Shown here: in pieces, positions 63,090-64,000 of the stretch | Numbering within the stretch: the stretch's first letter is position 1 | Layout: each line of letters begins with the position of its first letter | Position numbers and translations under genes: made by a program | Notes under the pieces: generated by a model | What the model was told of the DNA's origin: nothing | What the model saw: only the letters and a program-made list of their open reading frames with translations | The model's database searches: none | Assembly (NCBI GenBank): GCA_030265395.1 | Contig: JARFYF010000118.1 | Location: 25,876,630-25,940,629, forward strand | Reading direction: 5' to 3' | Origin: Rhina ancylostomus | Taxonomy: Eukaryota | Length of the DNA stretch: 64,000 nt

Positions 63090-64000
63090 ATACAAACCTG
63101 AGGAGAAAGCTGCTAGCCCCCCCACCCCACCCCCCAGCAATCACCAGCACACACCGTGCGATGTGCTGCCTGATCTCAGACAGGCACTCCACTTGAGATG
63201 CAATAACTTCCCTCAGTGTTAGAGTGCCTTAGAAGTGCCAAGTGAGTCTGGTGACCCATCTCTTGGGCAAGGCACTGCAAAACTGAATGCCTGTGGGATC
63301 TGCAACCTAGCAACTGTTAGCATCTTCATAATGCTGGAAAGTAAACACATATGAGCACTGAGAAAAAAGGGAAAAGAAGTAAGATTTTATTTTTGGTGAC
63401 CAGAGTTTACCAAGGCTGATATTGCTAAGACACAGGAAAACACTTTCTCAAACAACCCCATGAACTAAAAAACTCTTCATTCTCTTTAAATACCCATGGG
63501 GTTTGACTAAGGTCCACTACAATTTCTGGGCTGCTGCTTCTGTGTTACATGGTCACAAAGGCTGGCAATCATAGACCAAAGACCATTGTGGCTTGGAGGA
63601 GGATGAGGTAACATTGGGTCTTGGCTGTGAGCCTCTGTTGTGGGTGTTAACCATCTGGGGTGGGGAGGTCATGGGATCACAAAGGTTCAAAGTTAAGAAG
63701 CTGTCTCAATCCAGCACAATATTGTGAAGATGTTATCCCAGGAATGTTTCACAATATTAATCCTGGGACAACCTGGCCTAATTTCCCCACAATGCTCTAA
63801 AGCATTGGAAATTAAGTCATCCTGTGTCAGACGTTCCATGCTGAATCACCACAGGAAGTCCAATATTGAATTTCCTCAGTGGTGCAATTTGGCCTGGTGG
63901 TGTTTGCAATCATGTTCAACTTCAGGAATAAAAAAAACAACAATTTTCAGATACATATCACTGAAAAATAAAAGTTTTATGCATCCTAGATCAGCATGGT

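Noticed and set aside
62954-63196. Repeat-containing peptide or CRISPR-like array
   Set aside because: Only two adjacent units with no spacers, in a eukaryotic intron.
51982-64000. wnt9a exon 1 (signal peptide ending AYFG with phase-2 donor)
   Set aside because: I found no matching exon, donor or CpG-rich promoter, so it probably lies outside the window or in a gap.

Overview
Eukaryotic (vertebrate) genomic DNA from a gapped draft assembly. The repeat content (CR1/HER1-type LINEs, HE1/V-SINEs, DeuSINE/SacSINE1-type SINEs, Penelope remnants) points to a cartilaginous fish (shark or ray). The only host gene I can support is wnt9a on the minus strand. Coding exons 2 (51722-51981), 3 (41954-42219) and 4 (15810-16398, split by a spurious 100-N gap) have canonical, phase-consistent GT-AG junctions. 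The signal-peptide exon 1 is not seen and probably lies beyond 64000. The introns are large and TE-rich. They include a TSD-flanked Gypsy (CsRn1-like, tRNA-Trp primed) LTR retrotransposon, Penelope-derived short insertions (one with a recognisable minimal hammerhead ribozyme), and LF-SINE-like and AmnSINE2-like ancient SINEs. Non-coding candidates are a ~9 kb 3'UTR ending at a canonical poly(A) site near 6790, an AP-1/RUNX/TEAD/SOX/FOX motif cluster in intron 3 and a bipartite CTCF site in intron 1. I see no convincing wholly new system. Repeat family names come from recalled consensus sequences, repeat boundaries are approximate, and both need a Dfam/Repbase check.
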